Below are positions 13,253 to 27,750 of a stretch of DNA of 64,000 nucleotides, one piece after another. The notes beneath the pieces are model-generated. The model made no database searches and was not told where the DNA came from. It worked only from the letters and a program-made list of their open reading frames with translations. Origin of the DNA: Phaeosaccion multiseriatum. Taxonomy: Eukaryota; Protista; Ochrophyta, other classes. The translations under genes and the position numbers were made by a program. Each line of letters starts with the position of its first letter. Positions within the stretch are counted from its first letter, which is position 1. The stretch spans positions 806,001 through 870,000 of the forward strand of contig OZ218955.1 of NCBI GenBank assembly GCA_965112735.1, read 5' to 3'.

Positions 13253-13889
13253 TGACCTCTCAGCAGGAGCAGCAGGAGTTCCAGAAGTTGGTGATACAGT
13301 AGCAGGAGTAGTAGGACCACTTATGCATGCACACACACGTACACACAGAGAGAGATATTGTACACATTTGTTGTGCTTCCTTCGGCATTGGAAATAAAGA
13401 CTTTAGCCTACAGGAAATAGTTATACGTTAAAAGGTGAAACTCTTCTCTCACTCCCGGCACTGATGATTGAGACAAAAAGGTACTGTAACCCACAGCGCG
13501 CAGTCCATGCACACAGGCGCCTCGTCACAGATGGCACATCAACACACGACAACACCATCCTTCACATCAAAACTTCCACGTGATGGCATTGAGCACCCTC
13601 CGGGCCCACCCCGCCACGCCTCAAGCGAGCTTGTTCCGCTCACTCCACACGCACACACGCACACACACACCCTCTGTCTTGAAATCGCCTTGTTGTGGAG
13701 TTTCTGAAGCCATGTATGAAGTCCCCAAGTCGTTTCTTCCTGCTTCTTCGTGGAGAGCCTTCTTCTCCTCTTCTCCTCCTCCTCCTCCTCCTCCTCCTCC
13801 TCCTCCTCCTCCTCCTCCTCCTCCACACTCTCATTCTCTTGGCTTCCCCCACTTCCTTCTCACGCAGCACCACCACAGCACGACCACAC

Positions 13890-14304
13890 TTAGTAACTAG
13901 CACTCGCACTGGACTTCGCAGCCCGCCCGGCCTTTGTCCGGTTCTTGACGGCCCCCGGCCCGAGCCTCTCGCTCTTGGACTCTCTCCGCCCTTCTCGGAC
14001 TGTCCGACGAGATGGCGCCTTGGCCAAGCGGCGGAGGCTTGCCCCCTTGGGGACACGCTTCGTCTTGTCGTGATACAGGTTGGCAGGTTGGCGTACCACC
14101 AACCGGGGGCTCATTCCGTAGAAGCCGAACTGGAGTTGGGATGGTTGGTTGGGGGGATGGGGTATGTGTGGTGATGATCACACACGCAAAGATGGGGAGG
14201 GGGAGAGGAATGAAGAGTGAGTGAGTGCGTGAATGGATGAAGGGAGATGGCGGGGGGGGGGGGAAGCGGTAGAGAAAGAGGTGTAATTGCAGCAGCAGCA
14301 ACAG

Positions 14305-14336
<32 letters not shown>

Positions 14337-15508
14337 GCAGCAGGTGGCCTGATCCGTGCGGCATCCCATCCCTCCACCTCGCAATGGCAACGTACGCCCT
14401 CATTCACTCACTCACTCAGTCTCGCTCTCTCTCACTCTCTCACCTCTTCTTGCAGCTTCTTCATGAGGAAGCGCTGATACGAGTCAGGAAGTTCCGTGGT
14501 GTTGGAGAAGAGCGCAAATGATGGAGGGCCGCTCTTGATCTGCACGCAAGCACGCACGCATCAGGAAGGAACGGAAGGAGGAAGCAAGCAAGGAAGGAAG
14601 GAAGGAAGGAAGGAAGGAAGGTGGGCAGGCAGGAAGGCACGAAGAAGGGAGGAAGGAGGGACGGAAGGAATGAAGGAAGAAGGGCAGATGAGCGCAAGAT
14701 CGAAGCAAAGAAGCGACATTCTTTAATTTTGGATGAGAGGATATATATAAATAGTTGAGGAGCCTAGAGGATGAAGGCCACTATACGTAAGTCATCGAGC
14801 GGAAATCCATCCACCACCTACCCACCTGGGTCATGTACTTGAGGCGTATCTGCCTTTTGGTGCCCGGGTGTCTCGGAGGCTGATCGGTGCGGAAAGACAG
14901 ATAAATAGATAGACAGACAGGATAGATTGGTAGATAGATGGATGGATACACAGATAGAGAGACAGACAGATACAGAGAGAACAGAGACAGGGAAAAAAGA
15001 GAATGCAAGAACGAAAGCGAGAGAGAAAAAGAGAGCGAGTGAGTGAGGGAGTGAGTGAGTGAGGAAGGGAGTGAGGGAGGGAGTGACATAGTGGTGAGGA
15101 GTGAGCGAATGCGGGAGGGAGGGAGAGTTAAAAATTGGTGACGGGAGGCCCACCTCCTCACACACACAAACACACACACACAAACACACACACACAAACA
15201 CACACATACACACACATACACAAACACACACACACACGCGCACACACACACACAAACACATACATACAAACACACACACACAAACACACACACAAACACA
15301 CATACAAACACACACACACAAACGCACACACACATACACAAACACACACACACACGCGCACACACACACACAAACACATACATACAAACAAACACACACA
15401 AACACACACACAAACACACATACAAACACACACACACAAACGCACACACACATACACACACACGCAACAAACACAAACACACACAATCACACACACACAC
15501 ACACACAA

Positions 15509-15584
<76 letters not shown>

Positions 15585-16825
15585 CATCTTGAGGCGCTCG
15601 AGTTGCTTGAGCCATTTGTTGAGTTCGGCCGTGCTGACGCGTCTCCTCCAGCGGTCGTGTGCGTCGACGACGGTGGCCATGAGGTCGGGCACGTTCGGGT
15701 TGCGAATGGCACTTAACGCCACCACCTGAGAGCCCGGTGACGGATTGGATGGTTGGGGTGATAGAGCATTTGTATCGTAGTGCCAGAGAGAAGGGAGAAA
15801 GGGGAGGGTTTCAGTTTCAGTCCAATGCGTCTTCCGGTGTTGAAAGTGTATGGTGGCAAGGCATAGTACGACAGAAATAGAGCGGGAAGGAGGGGAACAG
15901 GTATCTGCCAGTGCAGTAGCCAGCAGTGGTGGTGGTGGTAGTGGTAGAAGTAGAAGAAGAAGGAAGAGGCAGTCGATCGGCAGTAGCAGTACCCATAGCG
16001 GGAAGACTTGCTCCCTCCGATACTCACTCACACACTCACTACCTCACTCTCTCCCTTATCCACCCCTCCCCTCCCCTCTCCCTCCCTCCCTCCCTCCCTC
16101 CCTCCCTCCCTCCCTCCCTCCCCCCCTCCCCCCCTCTCTTCCACACGCCTCTACTCTCACTCTACTCACCGGTGGGAAGCTGACGTCAGGCAGCACCTTC
16201 TCAATCTGCCTGCCCACCCCCACTGCGTATTCTTTGAGCCCCACCCCCACAAGATCCGCTTTGTTGGCGCACACAACGAGGGCTCGTCCCTCCTTGGCCA
16301 CCTGGATAGAGGCATATGGACAGAGGGAAACGTGGGCAGAGTAGAGCATGTGGGGGGAGGGAGAGTGGGAGAGAGAAGAGGGGGAGAAGGTGGTAGGTGG
16401 AGGGGCGAGAGGGGGAGGGGGGGGGGTGGGGGGGAAAGAGGGTGAAGGGGAAAAAGGGGACGGGGAGAGAGAGAGCCACAGCGAGAAAGGGAATGAGAGT
16501 GGGAGAGACGGGGACGGGGGAGAGCGAGAAAGAAAAAGAGAAGAAAGTAGAATGAGAGTGGGAGAGACCGGGACGGGGGAGAGCGAGAAAGAAAAAGAGA
16601 AGAAAGTAGAATGAGAGTGGGAGAGACGGGGGCGGGGGAGAGCGAGAAAGAAAAAGAGAAGAAAGTAGAGACCTAAAAAGAAGTTGAGAGGGAGTAGAAT
16701 GGGTGCTAGTGCTCGACCCCCCCCCCCTCCCCACGCACACGCACAACCACACACCCACCCACCCACCCACAAACACACACACTACACACCCACACACACA
16801 CCCACACACACACCCACACACCCAC

Positions 16826-16866
<41 letters not shown>

Positions 16867-19800
16867 CACATACACACACCCACACACACATACACACAAC
16901 ACCCCCCTCCACACAGATATACACACACACATACCTGAGAGGCGATGGTGAGCTCAGTCTTGCGGAACATTCCCTCAGCGCCGTCCAGCACCAGCACCAC
17001 CACCTGTTTCCGCGGGGGGATAATCAGTACGTAAGCAGGTATGTAAAACTCAAGGCAAGGCAAGGCCAGGGACGCTCCTCGGTGTGCCCCAGGTGAGGCG
17101 AAATAAAGGTAATTGAGTCAGTGACCCATTAAGCAAGAAAGCAAGCGCGCTCCTCATCTTACGAGTGGCCCCACCTGAGCTCGACTGATGGCCTGCCGAC
17201 GGAGGGGCGCGGGGGGGGGGGGGGGGGGGGGTGGAGATGAGTACATTGCGCGAAGTGATGCGAGGAAGGAAGGAAGGAAGGAAGGAAGGAGAGGGGCAAG
17301 GGAGGAAGAAATTGAATGAGCGCTTGCAGCAAAGGGAGGGAGAGAGAATATCGTAACGCTTCCACACACGGGGTGAATGAGTGAGCCGCACGTAAGCTTA
17401 TGTACGTACTCGTATGGAGGCTTCTACGGAGGCCTTTTCGAGAGCGTCATCGGTCTTCTTGCGGCTCGAGGAGGCCCTAATGCCCGCCGTGTCCACAAGC
17501 CGCATGTGACGCCCGTCCCACTGAAGGAGGGGAGGGGAGGCAGTGGGGTAGGGAAGAGGAGGGAGGGAGGGAGGGAGGGAGGGAGGGAGGGAGGGAGCGA
17601 GGGTGAGGGGTTGTGAGGGAGGGAGGGAAGGAGGGAGGGGGGGACGGAGGGAGGGAAGGAGGGAGGGAGGCGCGGAGGGAGGTGGAGAGGGAGGGAGGGT
17701 TGACAGGGGAGTGGAAGGGAGGAAGCTCCATCTATGGCCTTAAACCTGCTACATATACCCATATACCTGCCAGTCCACGATGACGGAGTCCCTGGTGAGG
17801 CCCGGGGTGGCGCCCACGAGCGCCCTTCGCAAAGGGCACAGATGGCAGTGGATGGGGGGGGGGGCAGATAGAGAGGGAGAGAGTAAGGAGTGGAAAGAGA
17901 GGGAGAGCAAGGGAAAGGGGAAAATAAAGAGACGTCCGGGTCCGTCCGGGTCCGTCCGGGTCCGTCCGTCCGTCCGTCCGTCCGTCCGTCCGCCCGCCCG
18001 CCCGCCCTGCTGCTTGTCGTTCACACCGCACTGCATGTCCTTCCTACCTGTCTTCGTTGATGATGGCGTTGAGTAGGGAGGACTTGCCCACATTAGGCCT
18101 ACCCACGATTGCCAATTGCACTGCATCTCCCCACCTCGCGGGATCGTTCTCATCCACCTCCTCCTCCTCCTCCACCTCCTCCTGCCCCTCCAGGCCCTCC
18201 CTCTCTCTCTGGTGCTGCTTCTGCTGCTGTATCACCAACTGCTGCTCATCAAATGCCTGCAGTGCCGCCTCGTACTCCTCATAAGGGGGGATGAGCGCAG
18301 CTGCGAGTAGCCCCATCCCGTCTCCGTGCTGGGCCGAAATGGGTACCGCCTCCCCAAACCCCAACCTCGTGCACTCAGCGAGGCAGTCCTCGAGGTACAG
18401 GTTTGTGGCCACCCCCCCTTCTGCTTTGTTCGCCACTAGCAAGATGCTCTGTTCCCTCCTCTTCATTCCCATCCCATCATCATCCTCATCATCATCTACA
18501 CTGCTGGCTCTCCCCGCCCGGGACTCTGCCTGCCCCCGCCGGACCCATTTGGCGAAGTGCTGATCCGCCTCTGTGATGCCGCTCCTGGCGTCGACGACGT
18601 AGAGAACCACATCGGCCACCCGCAGAGCCATCTCCGTCTTGCTGAGGATGCGTGATCCCATGTCCCCGTAGGCCCTCGCCTTTATATCGTCGGCATCGTC
18701 CTCTAGCCCACCTGTTCTCATCCAATCCATCCATCCACCCGACGCGGAAACACACACACACACACACACACACATACACACACACACACAAGGTGTAACA
18801 GCACAACGTTGGATACTCATTGTGACATTTGTAAGTATGGAAAGGTCGTGGGTAGGGGAGTTGGATGGGAAAGTGGAGAGTGGTAGGGGGTTGGCATCGT
18901 TTTGAGACAGATGGTGCAGTCAGACAGGTGGTGCAGTCCGCCCCTCCCTGCATTACAGGGAAGGAGGGGGGTCCTTCGCCTGATAATGCTTCACCCCTGG
19001 AGACTGCGTATCACTTGCCGCTCTCGGTCCTTTCTGTCCGCCCGCCTTGCCTGCTTCCCTTGGCTGCCTTGGCTGCCTGCCTGCCTGCCTGCCTGCCTAC
19101 CTTGCCTTGTCTGCCTGCTTGTCTACGTTGCTTGCTTGCTTGCTTGCTTGCCTGCCTTCTCTGCTTCCTCCCCTGACTGCCCAACCAACCTGTGTCCACG
19201 AGGGTGATATCCATGCCCCCAAAGTGCACGGGGCGCTCGTTAATGTCCCTCGTAGTGCCGGCGATGGGCGTGACGATGGCCTCGGTCCTCCTGCCGCCCC
19301 CTGGAGAGTGCCTGGACAGGCGATTGAAGAGGGTGCTCTTGCCGGCGTTGGGCCTTCCCACTATCGCCACACGGAACTGCGGCCGCAGGATAGGGACGTG
19401 CCACGAACGCAGCTTCTCATTGCCCTCGTCCCGGCGCACGAAGCCTCGAGGCAGGTTCGTCTTGACCGCGTGCTTGACTGCCAGCGGCAGGGGCCCTGCC
19501 TCCCTGCCCGTGCCCGCTCCTCGTCCGGGAGGCCGCCGCCTCTTCTTCCTCTTGCGCCTCTGCGATGCAGCTTTGGGCTCGGGGAACTCAAAACCTCGAG
19601 ACTCCTCGTCGTAATGGTGGTCGAGATCGTCGTACGAAGCCGCAGCCTGTGCTGCGGGTGTGTGTGTGAAGTCTCGCTGTTGTTGCTGACGATGACCATG
19701 ATGATAGCCCACCCCACGGCAGCGGCGAGCTGCTACCTCAAAGTCCCCTCCGATCGCTCCTCCTCCTCCTTCTCCTCTTCGTGCAGCACCCGACAATACC

Positions 19801-20105
19801 GAAAGCTGCGAACCAGTCCATAACCCGCGCGTTGTCGACAGCTGCCGAGTGTGGTGCTGAAGATGCTGCTTCTGGAAGCCCTGGGCTCGGCTGGCGCGCA
19901 GCTGCTGCTCAAAGAAATGCACACAGGGGCACACACGCAGAGCGGACCGGCCTCCACCGCCTCGAACCACGCGATACATACCTAAGCCGAGATGAGCCCT
20001 CCTCCTTGGGCTGGCTGGGGTTGTGGGCTGTCTGTGGCATAGATTTCCGGCCGGTACTCCTCCAAATGCATTCTCCAAACCGAGCACGCCCAATATCGCA
20101 CACAT
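13890..20105 (-). CDS. der: EngA/Der-family ribosome biogenesis GTPase with two G-domains, probably organellar (multi-exon; start ATG 20105 or 19979)
   Basis: GD1: [32 protein letters not shown]2: [33 protein letters not shown]-terminal [42 protein letters not shown]. Arg-rich N-terminal extension. Confidence 0.92.
16470..16670. repeat. Intronic ~59-bp purine-rich tandem repeat, about 3 copies
   Basis: Repeated gaatgagagtgggagagacggggacgggggagagcgagaaagaaaaagagaagaaagta. Confidence 0.8.
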
Positions 20106-20893
20106 AGTCACGATACGGAGCGGACGGAGGAGGAATGAACGGTAAGAAAAGGACGGATTGCTAGTGCTACAGGGGGTGGGAGAAACCGAGCGTGGAATGG
20201 GCAGAAGGGGTTATTTGCACCGCCTCCCAGTTGGCCCGCTTTTTCCTTCCTTCCTCCACCTTCTCCCCGCTACCCACTCCCCATCTCCTTTCACTCCTTC
20301 TCCCACCCTGCCCCGCGTGCCCTGCTTCTACCTGCCTGGGCGACCATGGTTTAACTCTAACTTTGGTGGAGGCAGTTTTCCTACTCTTTCTCCATCGAGT
20401 GCTATTGGCAACATCAACATGGCCTTTGGAGCAGTACAAGCCTTTTTGTCTGGATCTCCCTTGCACCTGATACATCACCGCTGAAGAGAAGCATGCGACA
20501 GTACTCCGTGCTCTTTTCAGGCTCATGCTTGGCAAACAGCAGCTGCTGCTGCACCAGCTACTAACCTGACAAGACCTTCCCCACTCAATCCTCTCCTCTC
20601 CTCTCTGCCTTCGCTTCAGTGCAATTCTCTGCCGACGCAGGTGTGCCCCTCTGACGATGGTGCGATGCGGTAGTACACTCGCCCTCTCTTGAGATGAAGA
20701 CAGCGCAGAGGCAGGTGTAGTCAGCCCACTATCACCATCTATGAGGTAAACACAAACACGAAAACGATGGAACGTGTGTGCAGTTCTAAGGAGTTGGAGC
20801 AACCCATGGAGGTCTTAAAATAGCCTCACTTGGGGCCCATCGACGCACCATCACGCGACGCGAAAAGGGGAGGGGGAGGGGGAGGGAGGGTCC

Positions 20894-23800
20894 ATGGCGG
20901 AGGAGTATTCCGGAGATGCTCCTCGGCACTCCGCCGGACAGTCCTATGCCTCGAACACCGCTTCTCAGCTGGGCGACGACGGCGAGGACGAATTCTTTGA
21001 TGCCTTGGAAAACGCCAGCAATAGTCCCTACGCCAGCAACAGCTCCCAGTCTCGGCTTAAAGCCACCGAGCAGCCCGGCGAAGCCCTCAAGGGTCCAGCC
21101 GCCGGTGGCGGTAGCTCCATCAGCAGTAGTAGCAGCAGGGGGGGGGACAGCAGCGGCAGTAGCTCGGGCGCTCCGCTACCTGCGCGATTGTCAGAGCTCG
21201 CAATAGACGTAGTGGAGGTAGATGCAGCAGCAGCAGCAGCAGAGGGAGGCGGAGAGGGCGGAGGAGGCCCACTTCCTCCTCCTGCGCCTGCTCCTGCTCC
21301 TGCTCTTCCCAGAAGGGACCACGCCACCCAACCCTTGCCTCCTGTACTACCAACGAGGGTAGGTGGAAGAACAGCAGCAGCAGGAGGAGCAGCAGTTGGT
21401 GATACAGAGGGCTGTGATACCTCCGAGAACACCCCGAGTAGCGACAGAGGAGGCAGTGGGAGGGTAGCCAGGCAAGGTGGTGGGGGCAGCGGCGGCATCG
21501 ACAGCGGGGAACGGCCGAAGGCCCCACCTCCGCTTCCGGCCCGCCCTCACGCCCAGGCTGGTGCAGGCAGGGGAGGGGAGGGAGACGTAGGAGAGGTTTC
21601 CGACGTTTCGGACATTTCAGCTGATGGCGATAGCGACGACGTCAGCTCTGCAGCTGCATCACCAACTGCTGCGGCTCCTTCTCCTACTGCTAGTGCTAGT
21701 GCTAGTGCTTCCGGTGGTGGAATGGGAGGAGGGAGAAGGGAAGAAAGGGATCGGAGAGCCTCGGACGGGTCTGCAGGGGAGAGCAAGTACATGGTCATCA
21801 ATCAAGACACAGGGCAGGTGTTCGATCTAAGAGAGCTGGACAAATACGCCGCCTCGGAGCCCTTCTCCAGCGTAGGCAGCGGGGGGGCGTCGCGATCCAC
21901 CTCTCCCTCACAGGGGCGGGGCGGAGGCACAGGGGGGGGTGGGAGTGGGAAGAAGTCAAAGTTTTCAAAACTTCTCAAGTTCAGCAAGAGTAAGAACAAG
22001 TCGTCAAAAACGGGTGGTGGTGGTGGTGGAGGAGGAGGGGGAGGGGGAGGGGGGCAGGGCTCGCCATATGCGAACGGCTTGTTTACTTCGTTTGATCTCC
22101 CACGACCCCTCAGTCCACCAGGAGGGGCAGCGGCGGCGGGGAGGGGAAGCTTGCCAGGAGGAGGAGGCGTGCGGATAAGTGGTAACTTCCGTCAAGGGGG
22201 AGGCGGCAGTAAGGACGACACTGTGTTTGGAGGCCTCATGCTCCTGCAGGAGAAACACGATCACGTGGGACCCATCTGGACTATGTGCTTTTCGGTGGGG
22301 TGGGGCAGTGAGAGCGGGAAGGGCGCTGTATACTTGGCCACAGGAGGACAGGACCATCGAATAGTGGTGTATGGAGTCGCCGGTGCGAGTGTGGATGACT
22401 CCCATTTTCAGTGGCAGCAGCGACAGCAGCAGCAGCAGCAGCAGCAGGAGCAGCAGAAGCAGCGGCGGCGGAAAACAGAGGAGCAACGAAGGGGTGGTAA
22501 GGGAGGCGGGCAAGGAGGAGAAGGGCACACGGTAGAGGCAGGGGGGGGGAAAGGAGCAAGAGAAGGGAAGAAAAGGCAGTCTATGGTGGGGCTCTTCGGA
22601 GATGAGCCTGTTCGTGTATTTGAGGGCCATACCAAAGACGTGGTTGACCTTAGTTGGAGTCCGAGTGACTTCCTCCTGTCGGCCTCTCTGGACAAGACTG
22701 TTCGCTTGTGGCATATATCGGAGAAGGGCTGCCTGCAGACTTTCGAGCACAGCGACATTGTCACTTCGGTGCACTTCCACCCCAATCTCGAGGTCCACTT
22801 TTTATCGGGCTGCTTCGACAAAAAGATTCGGATATGGCACATTCCCGACCGGAGGGTGCACGAGTGGGGCTCCGTGCCTGAGCTAGTGACTGCAGCCCGC
22901 TTCATAGGGCTGGGGCAGATGATCATGGCGGGGAACAACAGGGGTGAAGTGCTCTTCTTTCACACTGAGGGAATGAGGTAAGGTGGAATTAGAGTGGAGG
23001 GGAAGGGAGAGGAAGGGAGGGGAGCGGAGGGGAGTTGAGTAAGATGAAGTATAGTGGAGGGAAGTGGAGTTGTGAAGAGTAGAGTGGAGTGGGGTGGAGT
23101 GAAGTGGAGTGGAGTAGGATGGAGTGCAGTGGAGGGAAATGGGGTCTGCACGAGTCTGAGGAGGAGTTGGTGGTACGCCCCCCTCAGTCCGTCGGCCCCG
23201 TGTCTGTCTCCTGTGAGTTTCAATATCCCCAACAAAGCACCCCCCACCATCCCCTTCCCCTGTGCCCTGCGTCTACCGCTCTGTGTCTGACTATTCCATA
23301 CTCGGCTTTCGACCTCTACATTCTCACTCGATGTACTCGACTTTCGACTACGTTCTACATTCTACTGCGGAACAGGTACTCCACTCAAATCGAGTGCAGA
23401 AACCGAAGGGGCAAGCTCAAGAGTGGCTGCAAAGTGACGGGCTTTGACTGCCGAAGGGCGACCGTCGCCATCCCAGAGGAGCAACCCGGTGCAGCCCCGG
23501 TCAAGGCAGGGAGGGGCGTCGCAGGTGCGTTCGTTACGTCTCTATCTCTGTGTGTGTCTCTCTCTGTCATTCTCTCTCTCTCTTGTCTCTGAGCATGGGC
23601 GTATGCATGTATGTATGTATGTGTGTATGTATGTATGTATGCATGCATGTAGGTGTGTGTATGTATGTATGCATGTTTGTGGGCTTGTGTGGCGTCGTTC
23701 ACTCTCCCTTTCTTTCCCTTGACCTTTTCGCATTGCCTTCCCCTTCCTTCTTTTGGGAACTCTCAGGAGGAGGAGGAGGAGGAGGAGGAGGAGGAGCAGG

Positions 23801-25005
23801 GAAGAGTAGTCTACCTCCGTCAGGGAGCTCCAAAGCCGGGGGCGGGGGAGCGTCAGCAACCGCAGCAGTAGGAGCAGCGGCGGGGGCTTTGGGCGTTACA
23901 GCAGCAGCAGGGGGCGGTGGTGGTGGTGGTGGTGGTCGTTTCGCGCCCTCTTTGAGCTCTGCCCTGCACTTTGAGCAAATCCTCGTGAGTACCAACGACT
24001 CACGAATACGCATGTACCAGACGGACGATTTCGTGATGAGTGCCAAGTTCAAGGGCCACACCAATCAGTTCCTGCAGATCAAGGCCACCTTTAGTGAAGA
24101 TGGAAGATTCGTCATCACGGGCAGCCAAGTGGGCAAGGTGGGTTGGTGGAAAGGTGGGAGGGAGAGGGGGAGGGAGGGAGAGTGAGAGAGGTACATGAGG
24201 CCTACATACGTGTAGCCTGCCTGCCTGACTGCCGGCCTATACGCCTGCCTGTCTGCCTGCCTGCCCATATTGCCTGCCTGCCTACGGGCCCGTTCTTGTA
24301 TAGTAGTCTTTTGACACTCTCCCCTCCCCTTGCTGTGGCACCTCGTCCCTTCGACCCCCTACTGTGTACCCCCCCTGACACCTTATCCTCCCCTCTGCTC
24401 GTGTATATCATCTCTCTCTTCCACAACCACTTACCCACTCACTCACTCACACACTCACTCACTCATGCACTCCCTCCCTCACTCACTCACTTACTCACTC
24501 ATGGACTCCCATTTTTTTCGTTTGTGCACGCACGCACGCACCCACTCACCCACGAACGGCAGGTTTTCATCTGGTGCACGGAGCGGAGAAGAGGAGACGG
24601 CTCCGGCGGCGGCGGCAAGGGAGAATTTCCCGGGGGGCTGGCAGGCATGGGGGGTGGGGGGCAGGGTACTGGCGGTAACAGTAGTAGCGGCAATGTGCAC
24701 ACGAACAAGCGGTTTGAGAGCTTCGTGGCCACCAAAGCCAACCCGGCCATCGTCACGTGTGCCCAGTTCGTCCCATACAAGGCAGTTCAGGCCGGTCTTG
24801 AGGCCATGCCCTCTCTGCCTGCTTTCAACAGGGGCCGAGGGGCGCCGGCGGAGCGCCCTTCTTCTTCCTCTGGAGGTACCCCTCCTGCTACCCCTGCTGC
24901 TGCTGTACCACCAACTGCTATTGCCAACGCCATGATTGTGACCAGCGACTACGACGGAGTGCTGCGAGTGTATTGTAAGGAGGAAGTGCTCATGAGAAGA
25001 TGCTG

Positions 25006-25006
<1 letters not shown>
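20894..25006 (+). CDS. WDR44: WD repeat-containing protein 44 (Rab11-binding protein family), multi-exon
   Basis: HVGPIWTMCFS..YLATGGQD, FEGHTKDVVDLSWS..FLLSASLDKTVRLWH..CLQTFEHSDIVTSVHFHP..FLSGCFDKKIRIW, YSTQIECRNRRGK..KVTGF, ILVSTNDSRIRMY, KFKGHTNQFLQIKATFSEDG. Confidence 0.9.
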
Positions 25007-25051
<45 letters not shown>

Positions 25052-25139
25052 GAGAGAATCTTCCATGGTCTTGTCGAGGCACTTTTATACCGTTCCTCAT
25101 TATTTGTCTTCTCATCCACCCTCCATATATGCCACATAT

Positions 25140-25200
25140 GGTACTGTTTTTTAAAATTAATAATTAATTAAAATTAAAACTAAAGTGAATAGAAAACCTC
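25140..25200. terminator. AT-rich island between convergent genes (probable 3'-end/polyadenylation region)
   Basis: tttttaaaattaataattaattaaaattaaaac in a GC-rich background. Similar islands at ~13390-13435, ~33660-33695 and ~53155-53175 also lie between convergent gene ends. Confidence 0.55.
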
Positions 25201-25380
25201 GTAGAGGGAGGGGGAAGAAGTGAATGGAGCGAGAAGAGCTTCCTCCGACTCGCCTCCAGCAGCCACCACATCTTCGCTCCCCTCCCCCTCCCCTCCCAAG
25301 TCGCAAAGACTGTCACATCTCAAAGAGTCATAGAGACCTCAATGCCCAACACTTGCACCACCACTGTTATCACATATCAC

Positions 25381-27273
25381 TCAGAGAGATTGGAGCCCGT
25401 CGGGCTTGTCCATGATGAGCTCCAGCGCCCGATTCACAGCTGGCGTACGGATATTCTTGTTGTTGAGGCCTGCACACGCCTTGATGGCCTCTGCCGTGGT
25501 GGGGTAGGGGTGAATCACCCCCTGCAGAGCCTTGAGCCCGACTCCCTCCTGCATGCACACCACGAGCTCAGATATCATGTCTCCGGCATTGGGCCCCACA
25601 ATAGTGGCCCCGATAATCTTGTCAGTGCCCTCCTCCACCGTTATCTTGACGAAGCCCTCCTTGACCCCCTCGCAGCGGCACCGGTCCACTCCGGCCAATT
25701 CTTTCTTGAAAGAGGTGAATTTGATGCCCTTCTCTTCGCACTCGCGCTCGTACAGCCCCACGTGCGCCACCTCCGGCTGCAGAGAGGTGGAAGTGAGGCA
25801 GGCAACACAAGGGGTGAGAGAGGAGAGAGGAGGGGTGAGTGAGGCAGGCAACACAAGGGGTGAGAGGAGAGAGGAGGGGTGAGTGAGGCAGGCAACACAA
25901 GGGTTGAGAGAGGAGAGAGGAGGGGTGAGTGGAGTAGGACAGAACAGGCGGGGCTACGAGAGAAGCAACACACAGGTGGGGTGGCGAGGGGTGAGAGAGG
26001 AGGGGACAGGCAGGGAGGAGTGAGAGCGGAGGGAGAGGGGGAGGAAGTGAATAGGCTCGTTGATTCAATTCAGTACCTCTGTGTACGTCGCCCACGGAAT
26101 GAGTAGACTGCTCTCACGAGCGCTGTCACCGAGGAACATGTTTCGAATCGCGAGTCTGACGGACGGACGGACGGACGGAGGGAGGGAGGGAGGGAGGGAG
26201 GAAGGACGGACAGGAGGGAGGAAGGACGGACAGGAGGGGATGAAGGGAGAAAGGAAGGGAGGGAGGGGCAGTAGGACAACGGGAAGGAGGTGAGAATGGC
26301 CGAGAATGGCCGGTAGAAACAGCAGGAAGGGTGTTGAAACGACTGGCAAGGGAAAGGAGGGGCGGGCGAGGATGGAAGACAGATAGGCAGAGGAAGAAGC
26401 GAGCGCGCGAGGAAGAGAGGCGACAAGAGAGCAGAGACACAGACAGAGAAAAGACACAGAAGGACGGACGGCCTGCTCCTCACCGAGCCTGAAAGTCTGC
26501 GCTGTGCGTGAACTTGTACGGAGAGGCGCAGTCTCCGCATGCATAGATGTTGGGTGCCGACGTCTGAAACAAGTCGTTGGTGTGCACTCCCGTGCGCGAG
26601 TCGTACTCCACGCCGGCCTTCTCCAGCCCTACGTTGGCGACGTTTGGGGCCCTGTGTATGCATAGGTAGGTAGGTAAGTAGGTAGGTAGGTAGGTGGGTA
26701 GGAAGGTGGGAAGGTGGGTACATTGTGGGGCTCGACAAATGATTCGACCTTCGATAATAAAGGGGTATCCCGCGGGAGGGTATGGGTAGGAGCGCATTTC
26801 ATCCCTCTTTTCATCACTTTCCCTTCATCTCACCTGCCGGTCGCGTTGAGGATGACATCACACTCCAGCACCAACTCCTCATCCGCGTCGTCGCCAGAGA
26901 GGCTGTAGACGATGCGGTTCTTCTTCCAGGGGGCCTTGTACAGCCCGCCGCTCTCTGACGACTCCACCCGCTGAGAGAGAGAGAGAAAGAGAGAGAGAGA
27001 CGTACGAATGTGGAGAAGTCATTCCTAGGTTGATTCCCGTAAGTCAGTATATCCCCCCCCCTAAAGCAAAAGCCCGCTCCCACCTTTAGCTGAGCGCCGA
27101 GCTTAATGTCCAGTCCGTCCCGCTCCAGCGAGGCTTGAAGGATCGTCGCCGCCTCCGGATCCTCCCTGGAGAGGAGCTGGTGCGATCTCTCGAACACCAC
27201 CACCTTGCTGCCGAAGCGTGCTAGGCTCTGCGCCATCTCCAGTCCTATGGGCCCCGCCCCTATGTGCGTGTGC

Positions 27274-27305
<32 letters not shown>

Positions 27306-27358
27306 GTGGTGCGGGGGGGTGGAGGGAAACGGTGCTCTTGGAAACTGTCCACACGTAA

Positions 27359-27425
<67 letters not shown>

Positions 27426-27693
27426 CACACACACCTATGACTCCGACGACGGCCGGCAGCTCCTCGAGGTTGAAGAAGTTGGCGTTGGTGAGGTGGGGCG
27501 TGTCCTTGAGGCCGGGCACGGGGGGGATGGCAGCAGATGCTCCTGTTGCGATCATGCACTTAGAGAAGTTGAGGGTCTTGTCCCCCACCTTGAGCATTGA
27601 GCCAACGGGAGGGGAGGGGAGGGGAGGGACGCACGCATACACACACACAACACACAACACACAAACAAACAAACACACATACACACACATACA

Positions 27694-27750
<57 letters not shown>

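Noticed and set aside
14781-17063. Long ORFs of CV/HT/PPSL repeats
   Set aside because: They are stop-free translations of intronic (CA)n, (GGAG)n and similar microsatellites. The same applies to many ORFs across the window.
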